A DNA stretch of 64,000 bases, from positions 1 to 64,000 of the IMG/VR virus record IMGVR_UViG_3300021256_002164; one strand, written 5' to 3'. This stretch comes from a virus. Lineage: Duplodnaviria; Heunggongvirae; Uroviricota; Caudoviricetes. Positions within the stretch are counted from its first letter, which is position 1. Every line of letters begins with the position of its first letter. A program made the translations under genes and the position numbers. Below the pieces are notes generated by a model. That model did not search any database. It worked only from the letters and a program-made list of their open reading frames with translations, and was not told where the DNA came from. Of the stretch, positions 49,229-60,900 are shown piece after piece.

Positions 49229-52200
49229 TTATGAATTTGCTGTAATACCTATAATTTTATAAACTGTTGTTCCTTCTTCATATTGTAACTGACAAGTATA
49301 TGTATTATAAAGTATATCATTAGTGCTATTTGCTTTAACTAATACTTTTGTAGTATCTTCATTTAGTATATCTAAATTATTATAAATATAAATTGTACTT
49401 GATGTTATTGATGAACCTTCTTGAGGACGTGCAGGATTAGACACTTCCCAAGAATTAAATAATAATAAGTAATTATAATAAATCATATAAGTATACTCTA
49501 ATAATGCATTTTTAATAACTTGTGATTTATCTACATCATTTAAAGTACTAAATTCTGAAGTATTATAATAAAGATATGTATAATAATTTCCAATATTAAT
49601 ATAATTATTAATATATCCTACATTATCTGGGTCTTCTTCATAACTAATAGAGATATTATATAATTGTATATAATCTTCATATGTATTTTCATTAATATTC
49701 TCTTCTAATACATCTGGTATTAATGTATCTATATAATTTAGATAAATATTTACATGACCTTTAATAGTATATAAATATTTATATTTATTTATATTAGTTA
49801 TCGTACTAAATCGTTTTCCTACAAATGTTGTAGGATATGATTCTGTTGTTATAGTATGTAAATAAAGTATACTTGGATAAATAATATTTTTAGAACATGG
49901 AATAGTATCTTTTTGACTACTTTGTAATGGATTTATAATTTCTCTATTAAAGTTAACTAAATATCGAGGATTTAATTCTCCAGTAAAATAATTATTAGTA
50001 CCTAATACAGTTCCTTTTTCTAATAAATATCCATAATATATTTCGGACATTTCCATATTTAATAAATATCCATTATTACTTAATTGTCTAAATGTAATAA
50101 CATCAGTAGTATTATATTTTAATCCTTCTGAATATTGTAAATATCCATTAGTTGTATTTTCTGCTTCATTAAAGTTAAAGCAAATATTAAAATATAAAGA
50201 TAATTCAGGAGTTTCTAATTGTTCATTAACTAAAATCTTATATGATACATCATTTTGAATAACGTATTTAGATATTATCAAACTATCTGGATGGAAATTA
50301 ACATTAAAGTTATTAATTATAACATTTGTATTATCACCTGTAAATGTTAAATCATTGAATAAGTAAATTCTATCATTAGGTGAGCTTGATACTGTTACAT
50401 ATATTCCAAATATATCTAGTGCATTTATTTTTCCTGTAATATTTAAGAAATTCTTTGGGAATAACGAATAAATATTATAAGAACTGTTTTGACTTAAATT
50501 AGATATTTTATCATTTTTCTGTTGATTAGTAAATGATGTAATTAATTGAGGTAATATTTTACAATTATTAAATATATAATTAAGATTTGTTAATGATGCA
50601 CTTAAGTCAGTAAATAAGCTTTCAGGAATATAGCCTTCAAAATCAGAATTAATAAATAAATATGAAATATTAGTTAATGGTGTATTATACTTAAAGAAAT
50701 TTACTGGAATAATAGGATATCCATATATTATAGTATTTTCTGTACTTATACTATCTGGACTATAATCATAATTCTTTATATCTATACCTGATTCAGTAAT
50801 AGAGAAAATAGTACTCTTCTTATAAATTTGACGTTTATAATTACTATTTTTGTATGTTTTATTATTACCTATAATTTTACTACTATCAAACATATGGCTA
50901 ATAGAAGTTAAATTAGTAAATCCTTCTAATAGATTCTCAGGTAATGGATAAGAGTATTTACCATTAAATGTTGTTCCACTAAATATATATAATAATGAAA
51001 CTAATTTATTAAATGGTGATAATGTATTATTAGATATTCTAATACCACATTCTTTATATATATTATTTTCTAGATATACACCTGTACATTCAGAGAATAA
51101 ATAATCAACAGTATTAATATTATTAATGTGACCAATAGTTGGTTGAGGAATTGTAATTAATGTATCTTCATCTGAATCTGATTTAAATTTAAATACTGTT
51201 CTATTAAATAAGTATTTTAAGTTTTCTGACCTAGATAAATATAAATTATACCAGAATGATGTCCAATTAGCTTGAGCAGATTCATCAATATTATAATCAC
51301 AACTTTTATAGAAATTAAATAAATTATTAATAACACTATATCTTGCTAAATAATTTTGAATTACCTTTTGATATTGTCTATTCATATCAACAAATTTAGT
51401 AATATCAACTAATTCATTAATATCTAAAGCATTATATAATGACATATTTTTTATATCTATTGTTATTCCTATAAATGCATTATCTAATAATAAATTATCA
51501 GCAATATTAGTTAAGCCAATATTATTAAATCCCTTTGAAAATGATGCTCTACTTGGACAATTATATTTATTTCTATCATATTGACATAAGTTATTAAAAC
51601 AGTTAATAATTGTATCTACATTAGATTGTTTTTCTGTAAATAAATTATTAATATTAGTTATTAAATTAACAAAATTTAATCCACATAACTTAGTAATATA
51701 AGTTTGGGCATTCTCATCATCACTATATAATAAATTATGAACATTTACTTCGTTTAAAACACCTAAATTATTATATGCTAATAAAATATTATTATAGGAT
51801 ATATATGGAACATTATCATCATCATTACCAGTTATATCATATAAAAATCCAGTTATTTGGTTTTTAATATTCTTAATACAATCTTCATGAATATAGAATA
51901 AGTGTCTTCCAAATATATTTAAAATATTTAATTCATGATTAAATGTACCATTAAATAAATTATTATCAAATACAGTTATTTGAGTATTCCAGAATATATT
52001 TTTACAATTTTGTAAATTCGAATAATTACTTAAAGATACGAAATTTTCAACTAATCTATCATTACTTGTATATGTTTGCTGACTAGTATAAGAATAATTG
52101 ATACTTGCTTGACGAGCAAACATTTTCTCCATAGATATAATATTTTCTGGGTTAACAATACAAGTTTGAGGATTTGTAAGTATATCATATACATCAGAAT

Positions 52201-55200
52201 ATGTCAATGCAGAAAATCCACTATGTGCTTCAGTTGATGAATTTCCTATTTCAAACATTGAAATTAATGAAGTATTTTCATTAGGTATTTTAAATCTATA
52301 ATTAACTGTATTTGCATCATAATTAAATTTAGAATTATAGAATGTATGGCAAGAAACATCGGTAACATTTGCTGGTAATGATGAACGATTATCTACAATA
52401 CATAAATAGTGATTACCTGAATTTGATGTCTCTTCATTAAATCTAATTGTACTTAAATTTGTATTTGCAAAACAGTAAGGTAATAATGTTACTTCTTCTT
52501 TATCTGGTAAAATAACTGAATCAATATATTCTGTTGAGTTAACTGATAATTCTTCTAAATTTTTTAATAATGATAAATCAAGAATTATATCATTATTTGA
52601 AGTTTTAGAACTTGAACGTCCATTAAAAGTAAAGTTTAAATTACTCTTATTTTCGCGAATATAATTACAGCAATTTATAATTTTTAATGATTTAATATAA
52701 TATTGTGTTTCTGAACTAGTATCTTCTGCAATGATAATATTTAATAAGTTTGGACAATTATTTATTTCAATTGATTCGAAACCTGATAATGTTAAGTTTG
52801 TTAATGCAGTATCATTCATGATTTTGATTTTTGCATGATCAAATTGAGTATTAGAAATTGTCATACGTTTAATTCTTGTATTATCAATAACAATATTATC
52901 ACTCCACATTGATGTTAAAGTTAAACTATTTAGTGATGTATTATTTAAATTACAAGATTTAAGGTTAGGACAGTTATTAATACTCATATCTGAATTTTCA
53001 GGGTCACCAACAATACCACTAACATTAATATGAGTTACATTTAAATTATTTACAATTAAATTACAATGAGAATTATGTAAATCAATTGTACGTAAATTTG
53101 GATATTTATCTTCATTTTGACTATTACTTAAATTAATAGTACAAGATACATTTTCAGAATTAATTTGAATAATTCTTACAGAAGGTATTGATTGTAAACT
53201 TAAATTTGTAAGATTACCTTGTGTGATAATAATATCTTCAAGATATGGTGCATTTAATGTTAATTGCTTATTAGATGGAATTAATGTATTAAATGTTTCT
53301 ACATGAGTCCAACCAATAGAACCACCAAATTTACAAGTTATTTCACCTTTACCTGAAGGTTGTTTCCAGTTATATAATTTATTTGAATCTATACAAATAA
53401 ATTGACTAAAGTCAGTTTGGTGCTTAAATAACATAGGACTATAATCTAATGTACGCATATAAATTGTACCTATAGAATTACCTCCCCAAGTACCATCACT
53501 ACTAATATCTGAACTAGCAAATATAGAACGTAATAAATAAATATCTGTATTTGATGCAGAAGCAATAGTATCACCGACAACAGAAGAAAATGATGGGTCA
53601 TAAAGTAATATACCATTATCATATACATCTTCCCATTGTTTTGTAGTTAAATTATATTTTTGAATATTGTTATTACTTCTAATTTCTGTAATATTAAAAT
53701 ATGCGTCAAGAATATGGAATCTCTTATTTAACCAGTCTTCTAATGAATATAATCCTCTACCATGGAAAGGAACTAAATTTAATTGATCAAATCCTTCACT
53801 TGTTTTTTGTAAATATTTATATCTATAGTTTGCATTAAAAAATATTCTACTAATATTATTTAAGTTTTTACCAAAATAATTATTAATAAAGTATTTTGCA
53901 TTTCTTAATTCGCTACTTGAATTACCTCTAAGTTGATACCAGAAATAATTTGGATTAGTTTTATATCTATCATAATTATTTACTGTATATAATATTTTTG
54001 CATATTTAGCAATTGCAAATAAATATGAACTAGGAATATCATATCCATCAGGAACATTAATATTTTCATATCTATCATTTACAGAAATTTTACCTATAAT
54101 ATCTTTATCAGGATAAAAGTCTCTATAAATAACATTTGAATTATTACCAAATCTATCTGTAGCATTTTTCCAATAATCACTAAATGCAAATGGACTTACA
54201 TATCCACCTAAGTTATTTCTTCCAAACGACGTATCCATATCATAGAAAGCAATATAGAATGGTCCTGATTCTCTGAATGATTTAATATTTAAGTTTTTAC
54301 AAACAGAGTCGACTAATCCAAATGCCATACAAATAGTATAATATTCTACTAAGCTTGTATAATCTAATAAATAAAACCACTTCGAAAATAATTCATCAGT
54401 ATGATGATATTCAATAGGATCTACATTACCTTCACTATTTGTTGTTATTCCAATAAGTCCAGAAAAAATAGGTTTCCAATCAATATCACCACCAGTAATA
54501 TTATCATGTAATTGTTGTTGATAAAGATTTGTTGCATCTTCATTTAAATAAAAGTTAGATTGGAATCTATCAAATTGATATTTATAGTTTGGAACAAAAT
54601 TTGTTGATTCTGTATCATGGTGTTTTCCATTTTCATCAATATAATATGAACTATATCCTTCATCATAGCCATAATTATCTTCAGGACTAGTTGACATATT
54701 TTTTTCTAATTTACTAAAAATAAGTCCACCTACAGTTGCAACTTCTCTAACAAATGTACGTATCTTTTGTTTAGATAATCTTAAATCAGCATTTTTTGGA
54801 TAGAAGTCTCCAAACATACCTTCATTATGATCAGAATCTTCAAATAAGATTGTTTCTCCAAATTGAGAAAAATCAAAATATGTATTACCACCCTGTATTT
54901 CTGCAATACTTAAATCATCAATAGGTTGGTATCTTTCATTATCAACTAAATATACACCAAAACCATTATGTAAAGGTTTGTTCTGTTCATCGGTATCAAA
55001 TAAATTAATCGGATTACCATCAATATCTGTTAAGTTATTTAATATATTACCAACAGGATAATAACCTAAATTTAAATATGAATCTCTACCTAAATTACAG
55101 TTATATATACCCATATAGTAATATGTTGTAACGTCATTTCCTTCTGAATCAGTATTTGTTAATCCAAAAATAGTTATAATTGGAAATCCTGTTAAACAAT

Positions 55201-57850
55201 TCTTAATATATGGCTTATATCTTTCTACATTTTCATGTACTTCTCTTGAATCAGTAAATGCTGTTGTGTTTTTATTAATAAATAAACCTGCTGAAGTATT
55301 ATTAGCGTGTGTTGAATCTACAGCATCAGCTTTAAATGTAAACATTGCTTCAGGTAAAAATGTCATTGGATCATCAGTTTTAAAATTAGGAGTAAACAAT
55401 GCTACTTTATTTTCATTCATTGCTTCTGCTGGAGGAGCTATAGTTAATGTAAAGTTTTTACTTTTATATTTACCAGTTGAAGAACCTTGTAATCTAAAAT
55501 TAGATACATTTCTATTATATGTATTATATGTTCCATCATCATTAATAATTGTAAATGATGGAATATCAATACCTATTAATTTATCAAACTCGTTCTGACT
55601 GACATTTCTATTTAAAAAGTTTTCAAAAAATTCTTTATCTGTTGTAAATTGATTATTATTCTTAATATTCATATTTAATATTAAGAATGGAATATTATGA
55701 ATTATTGGTATATTATTACTTTGCGTTAAAAAGTTTATTAAATCTGCATCTTTATTATATTGCTTAATTTTAATTACTGATGTGGTAATTTGATTTAAGT
55801 TATTATAAAAATCTACATCTTCAAAATATACAGATAAATCCTTAACTTGCTTAAAATAATTTATTTCTGTATTTGTAACTAATGGATAATCTGGATGATT
55901 AAAATTCTTATTATACTTATAATAGTATTGAACAATATCAACATCTGTAATTTGTGAATAACTTGTCTGACTAGAATTATTTGCAATATATGCTATATCT
56001 AATAAATTAATACCATAGTTACTTTCATAAACAGTAATATCAGTTAATCGAATTGTATTTTGTGTAGTAAAATATGAAGTTAATGCACCTTCAATATATC
56101 CATCAAGATAAACTATAAATTCATAAGCGTATTTTTCATTTTCACTCTTTTCAGTATTTCTAATTAAAATATTTAAAATATGATATTTTGAACCATTTGA
56201 AATATCAAAACTAGTTTCTTTTGGAATAAATATTTCAACTTTCTCTGTTCCGAATATTAATGAATTTTGTTGTAATAGTATACTTGGCGTAGTTTCGCCT
56301 AAGTCAAATGATAATTTCATTAAATTACTATTATGATTATTAACTTCATTATATTGTAATCCTATAGATATTAATAAATCAGAATTTTCTGTTGTAAATG
56401 CATTACTATTTTCATGAAATATATTTATACCATTTTCATCAGTAATAGTATTCATTTGTATATATCCAGTACCACTAAAATTACGATTTAATTGTTTTAA
56501 TGATTCTAAATTAATATTTTCTTCATCGGTATTAATAATATTATTACCAATGAATGCATGTTCTTTTAAAATATTTAAATATCTATCATACCAATTTAAT
56601 TCAGCTGTATCAGTATCAAGATATACATAATAAATATATTCATTAATATCTCTACTATTACTAATAACAAATTTTAACTCGTGCTCAGTAATTTCAGTAA
56701 GGCTATTAGTTAATTGAATAGTAAATTGATGGTTTTGCTGTCTATATATAGTTGTTGCAGCAATCAAATCTATATATTTGTTATTATCTTTTTTCTGAAT
56801 ACGTAAAGTTAAAGAAGATGAAACATTATCATATGCAGTTATATTAAATACAATATTCTTAGAATTAAATTTATAAGTTAATTCTGAATTTTTATCTTTT
56901 TGTGTTCTATAAATTATTGCATCTTGTAATCTTGGCGTAACTTTTAAATATAATCCTTCAGGAATTAATGTAAATATAAATGTAAATTCTTCTGTTACAG
57001 GATTTCCATCATATGTATAACTTAATTTTCCTGAAATATTATATGTTCCTACTATATCATTAATATTTTCTTCTGTAACATTACCTAATCCAATAATTTG
57101 AAATAAATCTATATATGAATATGCATTATTTGTTTCTGTATTAATACCAGTATTTGATAATATAATATCATTAATAGTATAATCTGCTAGCCCAGTCATA
57201 TATGTATTAATTTTAACATTTTGGGCTTCTACATAAATATTATGAGTTAATTTTAATTTTAATCCATTAGTAATATTTTTTAGATATAATGTTGTATTAG
57301 ACATTCCTAAATCTTTATCTGAATTATCTACTAATGAATAAGTTAATTCATGTGCAGAAATAATATAATTAAATGATATAAGCTTAGGTTCATCTGTATC
57401 ATTATTTGTAATTTTAATTAAAAAATTACCATTAGCAACAATTCTAGTATTAATTATATATTCATTATTTTCAGCAGATATAGTTTTTGTACCTATTTTA
57501 ATTTTATTTTGCTGAACTTCAATAGAATATGAAGAATCTCCTGGTCTACCTATTGAAAGTCTTAATTGGTATGTATTATTATCTGTTTTGTTTAATAATA
57601 TGGGCTTACTATTACTAGTTACTAATTGGCCATCTAATGTACAAATAATGGACCATGAAGATGAACTAGATCCACCTCCACCACCATTTCCTTTAGAACC
57701 AGTACCCCCATATTTATACAGCCATTTAACATATGCTTTTAATTTATCAATATCTCCACCAAATTGATTTAAAATATCTACAACATCTTCAGAATTAGTA
57801 TATTGTTTTAATATTGCTAATTCTTCTTCACTAAACTTAATTTTACTCAT
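49229..57850 (-). CDS. giant (2873 aa) putative virion structural protein (fibre/baseplate-associated?)
   Basis: Single uninterrupted ORF; N-terminal helical segment, then a G5S5 linker (GTGSKGNGGGGGSSSSS); Asn/Tyr/Thr/Ser-rich β-type composition throughout; lies in the structural block. Confidence 0.45.
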   Translation of the reverse strand: MSKIKFSEEELAILKQYTNSEDVVDILNQFGGDIDKLKAYVKWLYKYGGTGSKGNGGGGGSSSSSWSIICTLDGQLVTSNSKPILLNKTDNNTYQLRLSIGRPGDSSYSIEVQQNKIKIGTKTISAENNEYIINTRIVANGNFLIKITNNDTDEPKLISFNYIISAHELTYSLVDNSDKDLGMSNTTLYLKNITNGLKLKLTHNIYVEAQNVKINTYMTGLADYTINDIILSNTGINTETNNAYSYIDLFQIIGLGNVTEENINDIVGTYNISGKLSYTYDGNPVTEEFTFIFTLIPEGLYLKVTPRLQDAIIYRTQKDKNSELTYKFNSKNIVFNITAYDNVSSSLTLRIQKKDNNKYIDLIAATTIYRQQNHQFTIQLTNSLTEITEHELKFVISNSRDINEYIYYVYLDTDTAELNWYDRYLNILKEHAFIGNNIINTDEENINLESLKQLNRNFSGTGYIQMNTITDENGINIFHENSNAFTTENSDLLISIGLQYNEVNNHNSNLMKLSFDLGETTPSILLQQNSLIFGTEKVEIFIPKETSFDISNGSKYHILNILIRNTEKSENEKYAYEFIVYLDGYIEGALTSYFTTQNTIRLTDITVYESNYGINLLDIAYIANNSSQTSYSQITDVDIVQYYYKYNKNFNHPDYPLVTNTEINYFKQVKDLSVYFEDVDFYNNLNQITTSVIKIKQYNKDADLINFLTQSNNIPIIHNIPFLILNMNIKNNNQFTTDKEFFENFLNRNVSQNEFDKLIGIDIPSFTIINDDGTYNTYNRNVSNFRLQGSSTGKYKSKNFTLTIAPPAEAMNENKVALFTPNFKTDDPMTFLPEAMFTFKADAVDSTHANNTSAGLFINKNTTAFTDSREVHENVERYKPYIKNCLTGFPIITIFGLTNTDSEGNDVTTYYYMGIYNCNLGRDSYLNLGYYPVGNILNNLTDIDGNPINLFDTDEQNKPLHNGFGVYLVDNERYQPIDDLSIAEIQGGNTYFDFSQFGETILFEDSDHNEGMFGDFYPKNADLRLSKQKIRTFVREVATVGGLIFSKLEKNMSTSPEDNYGYDEGYSSYYIDENGKHHDTESTNFVPNYKYQFDRFQSNFYLNEDATNLYQQQLHDNITGGDIDWKPIFSGLIGITTNSEGNVDPIEYHHTDELFSKWFYLLDYTSLVEYYTICMAFGLVDSVCKNLNIKSFRESGPFYIAFYDMDTSFGRNNLGGYVSPFAFSDYWKNATDRFGNNSNVIYRDFYPDKDIIGKISVNDRYENINVPDGYDIPSSYLFAIAKYAKILYTVNNYDRYKTNPNYFWYQLRGNSSSELRNAKYFINNYFGKNLNNISRIFFNANYRYKYLQKTSEGFDQLNLVPFHGRGLYSLEDWLNKRFHILDAYFNITEIRSNNNIQKYNLTTKQWEDVYDNGILLYDPSFSSVVGDTIASASNTDIYLLRSIFASSDISSDGTWGGNSIGTIYMRTLDYSPMLFKHQTDFSQFICIDSNKLYNWKQPSGKGEITCKFGGSIGWTHVETFNTLIPSNKQLTLNAPYLEDIIITQGNLTNLSLQSIPSVRIIQINSENVSCTINLSNSQNEDKYPNLRTIDLHNSHCNLIVNNLNVTHINVSGIVGDPENSDMSINNCPNLKSCNLNNTSLNSLTLTSMWSDNIVIDNTRIKRMTISNTQFDHAKIKIMNDTALTNLTLSGFESIEINNCPNLLNIIIAEDTSSETQYYIKSLKIINCCNYIRENKSNLNFTFNGRSSSKTSNNDIILDLSLLKNLEELSVNSTEYIDSVILPDKEEVTLLPYCFANTNLSTIRFNEETSNSGNHYLCIVDNRSSLPANVTDVSCHTFYNSKFNYDANTVNYRFKIPNENTSLISMFEIGNSSTEAHSGFSALTYSDVYDILTNPQTCIVNPENIISMEKMFARQASINYSYTSQQTYTSNDRLVENFVSLSNYSNLQNCKNIFWNTQITVFDNNLFNGTFNHELNILNIFGRHLFYIHEDCIKNIKNQITGFLYDITGNDDDNVPYISYNNILLAYNNLGVLNEVNVHNLLYSDDENAQTYITKLCGLNFVNLITNINNLFTEKQSNVDTIINCFNNLCQYDRNKYNCPSRASFSKGFNNIGLTNIADNLLLDNAFIGITIDIKNMSLYNALDINELVDITKFVDMNRQYQKVIQNYLARYSVINNLFNFYKSCDYNIDESAQANWTSFWYNLYLSRSENLKYLFNRTVFKFKSDSDEDTLITIPQPTIGHINNINTVDYLFSECTGVYLENNIYKECGIRISNNTLSPFNKLVSLLYIFSGTTFNGKYSYPLPENLLEGFTNLTSISHMFDSSKIIGNNKTYKNSNYKRQIYKKSTIFSITESGIDIKNYDYSPDSISTENTIIYGYPIIPVNFFKYNTPLTNISYLFINSDFEGYIPESLFTDLSASLTNLNYIFNNCKILPQLITSFTNQQKNDKISNLSQNSSYNIYSLFPKNFLNITGKINALDIFGIYVTVSSSPNDRIYLFNDLTFTGDNTNVIINNFNVNFHPDSLIISKYVIQNDVSYKILVNEQLETPELSLYFNICFNFNEAENTTNGYLQYSEGLKYNTTDVITFRQLSNNGYLLNMEMSEIYYGYLLEKGTVLGTNNYFTGELNPRYLVNFNREIINPLQSSQKDTIPCSKNIIYPSILYLHTITTESYPTTFVGKRFSTITNINKYKYLYTIKGHVNIYLNYIDTLIPDVLEENINENTYEDYIQLYNISISYEEDPDNVGYINNYINIGNYYTYLYYNTSEFSTLNDVDKSQVIKNALLEYTYMIYYNYLLLFNSWEVSNPARPQEGSSITSSTIYIYNNLDILNEDTTKVLVKANSTNDILYNTYTCQLQYEEGTTVYKIIGITANS

Positions 57851-57879
57851 AATTTTTTATATACAAATTTAATGATTTT

Positions 57880-57898
57880 CTTATATATAAAAATAAAA
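57880..57898 (-). promoter_or_regulatory. candidate late-promoter motif (cttatatataaaaataaaa) ~30 nt upstream of the 2873-aa gene
   Basis: Near-identical element at 63301..63319 with the same spacing to the 1772-aa gene start; variants at 45304..45328, 49163..49185 and 10283..10300. Confidence 0.3.
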
Positions 57899-57935
57899 TA
57901 GGCCATTTTAAAAATGACCTATTCTTAAAAGTTTT
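57895..57935 (-). terminator. Rho-independent terminator downstream of the 1772-aa gene
   Basis: Near-palindrome aataggccattttt/aaaaatgacctatt; T-rich on the minus strand. Confidence 0.5.
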
Positions 57936-57953
57936 ATAAAGTAATATTTTCTA

Positions 57954-60900
57954 TTAAAACATTTCATTAGTTTTAAATAAGTAAATATCAGTATTTGTTA
58001 ATAAATCTGGATATAATATCTTATTTTGATTATCTGTTACTTTAAATTCAGTTGTATTTTCTTTACAATATGTTAATTTTGTTTTACTTGATGCAACATC
58101 TGTTTGAATAAAGATATTGTTATCATCTTCATCTTTACCTTTATATTTACACCATATTCCATATAAATAATCATTTATTGATGAACAAGACATACATAAA
58201 TATTCAATAACTGCTGTAGATTTGCCAAATTTACTTTGGTTAAATGTCATTTTATTATTTGCAGAAGAAATATTTTGAATTCTTGCAACTTTAACATAAT
58301 AAATATTATTTCCTAAAACATCTATAATACTAAACATTGGTGATTGCTGATCTCCGCTTGCTGTATCTGTAAATGAACCACCTTCAAATTTTGTTGTTGT
58401 TTTTGGAATAATCATAGAGAATTTTTGATCTTCTGATGGTAATTCTTTATTTGAAGTTAATTTATATCCAGTAGCTTGAGACATATCATAAATCACAAAT
58501 GTATTATTATCATCATTTTGACATTCTATAAATGGATAAAAACGATAATCAATAAATTCATCTTCTCCTACTTTACTATACATTCTTGCACTAAGTAAAA
58601 TTGTTATAGAATTATCATTTAATACTTTAATTGTACCTTTATTTGAAGTTATAATATTTAAATTCTTATGTTTTGTTTGTCGTTTAAGAATTGGGAACTT
58701 ACTTAAATTAATTGTAATATTTTGACTTTTACTAATTTCTTGAATATTTTCTCCAGATGAATCAGGTACAAATGCACCAGTTACTATCCATGTTGCAGTA
58801 TCATCTTTTAATGAACTCGGCATATCCATTGCACCATTTAAATATGACCATTTTTTATCTCCTTCATGTGCTTCTGTCCATTCACTATCATAAGTTGTAA
58901 TGTAATTTTCATCTCCTGGATATTTATCATTTTCATCTTTAATCAAATGTGCGGTATTTAATATATTTGCAGCTTCACTTGTTAAAGTATATAAATAGTT
59001 TTCACGAGCAGGATATGTACAAGCATATGTATGTTTATGACCCCCTAAACATAAAGTAATATTTCTATATTCAAATAATCTACTCATCCAATGCATTCCT
59101 TTTCCTGATTCTTTATCTGAAATTTGATTAGTATGAGAACCAATTAATTTACTCTTATCTGATAAACTTCTAAATTTACTATATTCATTAGAACTACTTC
59201 TCCAGCTTAAACATGCATTTGTTATAACGGTAAATGGCATTTCATGGCAAACTGGTAAATATGTTTTATCTGAATCTTCTGTCCAATGATATAATATTTC
59301 ATAAACAGGATAAAATGGTTTAAACTCATCTTGGGCAGAAACTGCACCAGTAAGTGTTGAATTATGTGTGATACACTCACCTTCTTCATAATAGGTATGC
59401 TTATTAGGATTAACCATAGTTGTTGAAATTGCACCATCAAGATTAGCATTAGCCGCATTTGCATCATCTTCAGTGTAATTTGTTTCGGTTTTTGGATTAA
59501 TATCTTTTGTTGAAACTGCACCAGGAAGCTTTGCATTATATTCTATACATTCTTCTTGGGTATAATAAATAAGTATATTTGGATTAATAGTAGATGTTGA
59601 CCAAGCACCTGGAAGTTTTGCATTATAACTATTTGCTTCATCTTCAGTATATTGTTTATACATACTATATACTTGATTACTTGCATTAATTGTAAAACCG
59701 GTATATATATTAATAGTTTTATCATCATTAGTTAAATTAAACCATTCTCTACAATTAGTTTCAGTAATTTCAGAGTTAATAAATAATATACGAGTATACT
59801 TATGAATATCTTCACTATTTTCATCTTGCCCTGAAATATAATCTAAATCTATATAATATAAAGATGGTATATAAATTCCAGGATCTTCATAATAATGTCT
59901 ACAAATAGGAGCATATTTATCTGTAGGTATTTCATAGCAGTTAAATAAATGGAAGAAATAACCATTAGATTTACCAGTATCATCACCAGTACCAAGAGCA
60001 TTTATATTTGTATCACATAAATCATTATTACCAACTATATTATTTTGCTCATAATGTTTAAATAATGAATCACCAGCATTAAAATAATCAAGCCATTCAT
60101 TTACACGAGCACCTGATTGTACGCAGTCACCAGTATTAATAATAATTGGCATAATATGGCTATTTGGTTCATTTTGGTCATCAATAATTTTTTGATTAAC
60201 TACTTGTGCAGCAGCTGTCCATACTTGATATTCAACCCAGTGGAAACCTTGTTGATCAGTTATTTGGTATACTCTTGGTTGATATGTTTTAGGATATATT
60301 GTAAATGAACGTAATTCAGATTTATAATTATTATCAATAAAATTATTACTATCTAATCTAGCTATATAGTATTGATAAGTTTGTGGCTCTGTTACATTAT
60401 TATTGATTTCTATAATACATTTATGAGATGTATAAGGTTCATTATTTCCTGGGAACTTATTATAGATACGAGCATAGACAGTATTATTAATATCTACAGG
60501 GAACTCTTTACGATGTATTGTATCTGTAGATTGAGTATTCTTCTTAGAAATTGTTGTATATGACTCAAATTTATATTCTTTATTAGTTATAGGATCAATA
60601 ATTATAACTGCTTCATTAAATAATCCACTAGATACCCAGTTAAAACATCTTGTAGTATATGGATTAATACCATATGAACATACTATTGCATTTGGTTTAG
60701 TTTTATCTAATTTTGATTTATCTGTAATAACATTTTTATGTTCAAATGATGCTTTAGGAGTATAATCAGCAACAGCCTTAACTAATTTTGTTTTTGGAAA
60801 CTCAATAAATTCTCTATTCAATGATAATAATTGTTGGTCATTATTTGCATTAGCCCATCTACGTCTACTTGAATCTTTTGTAGTCATTGAGTTATATGCT

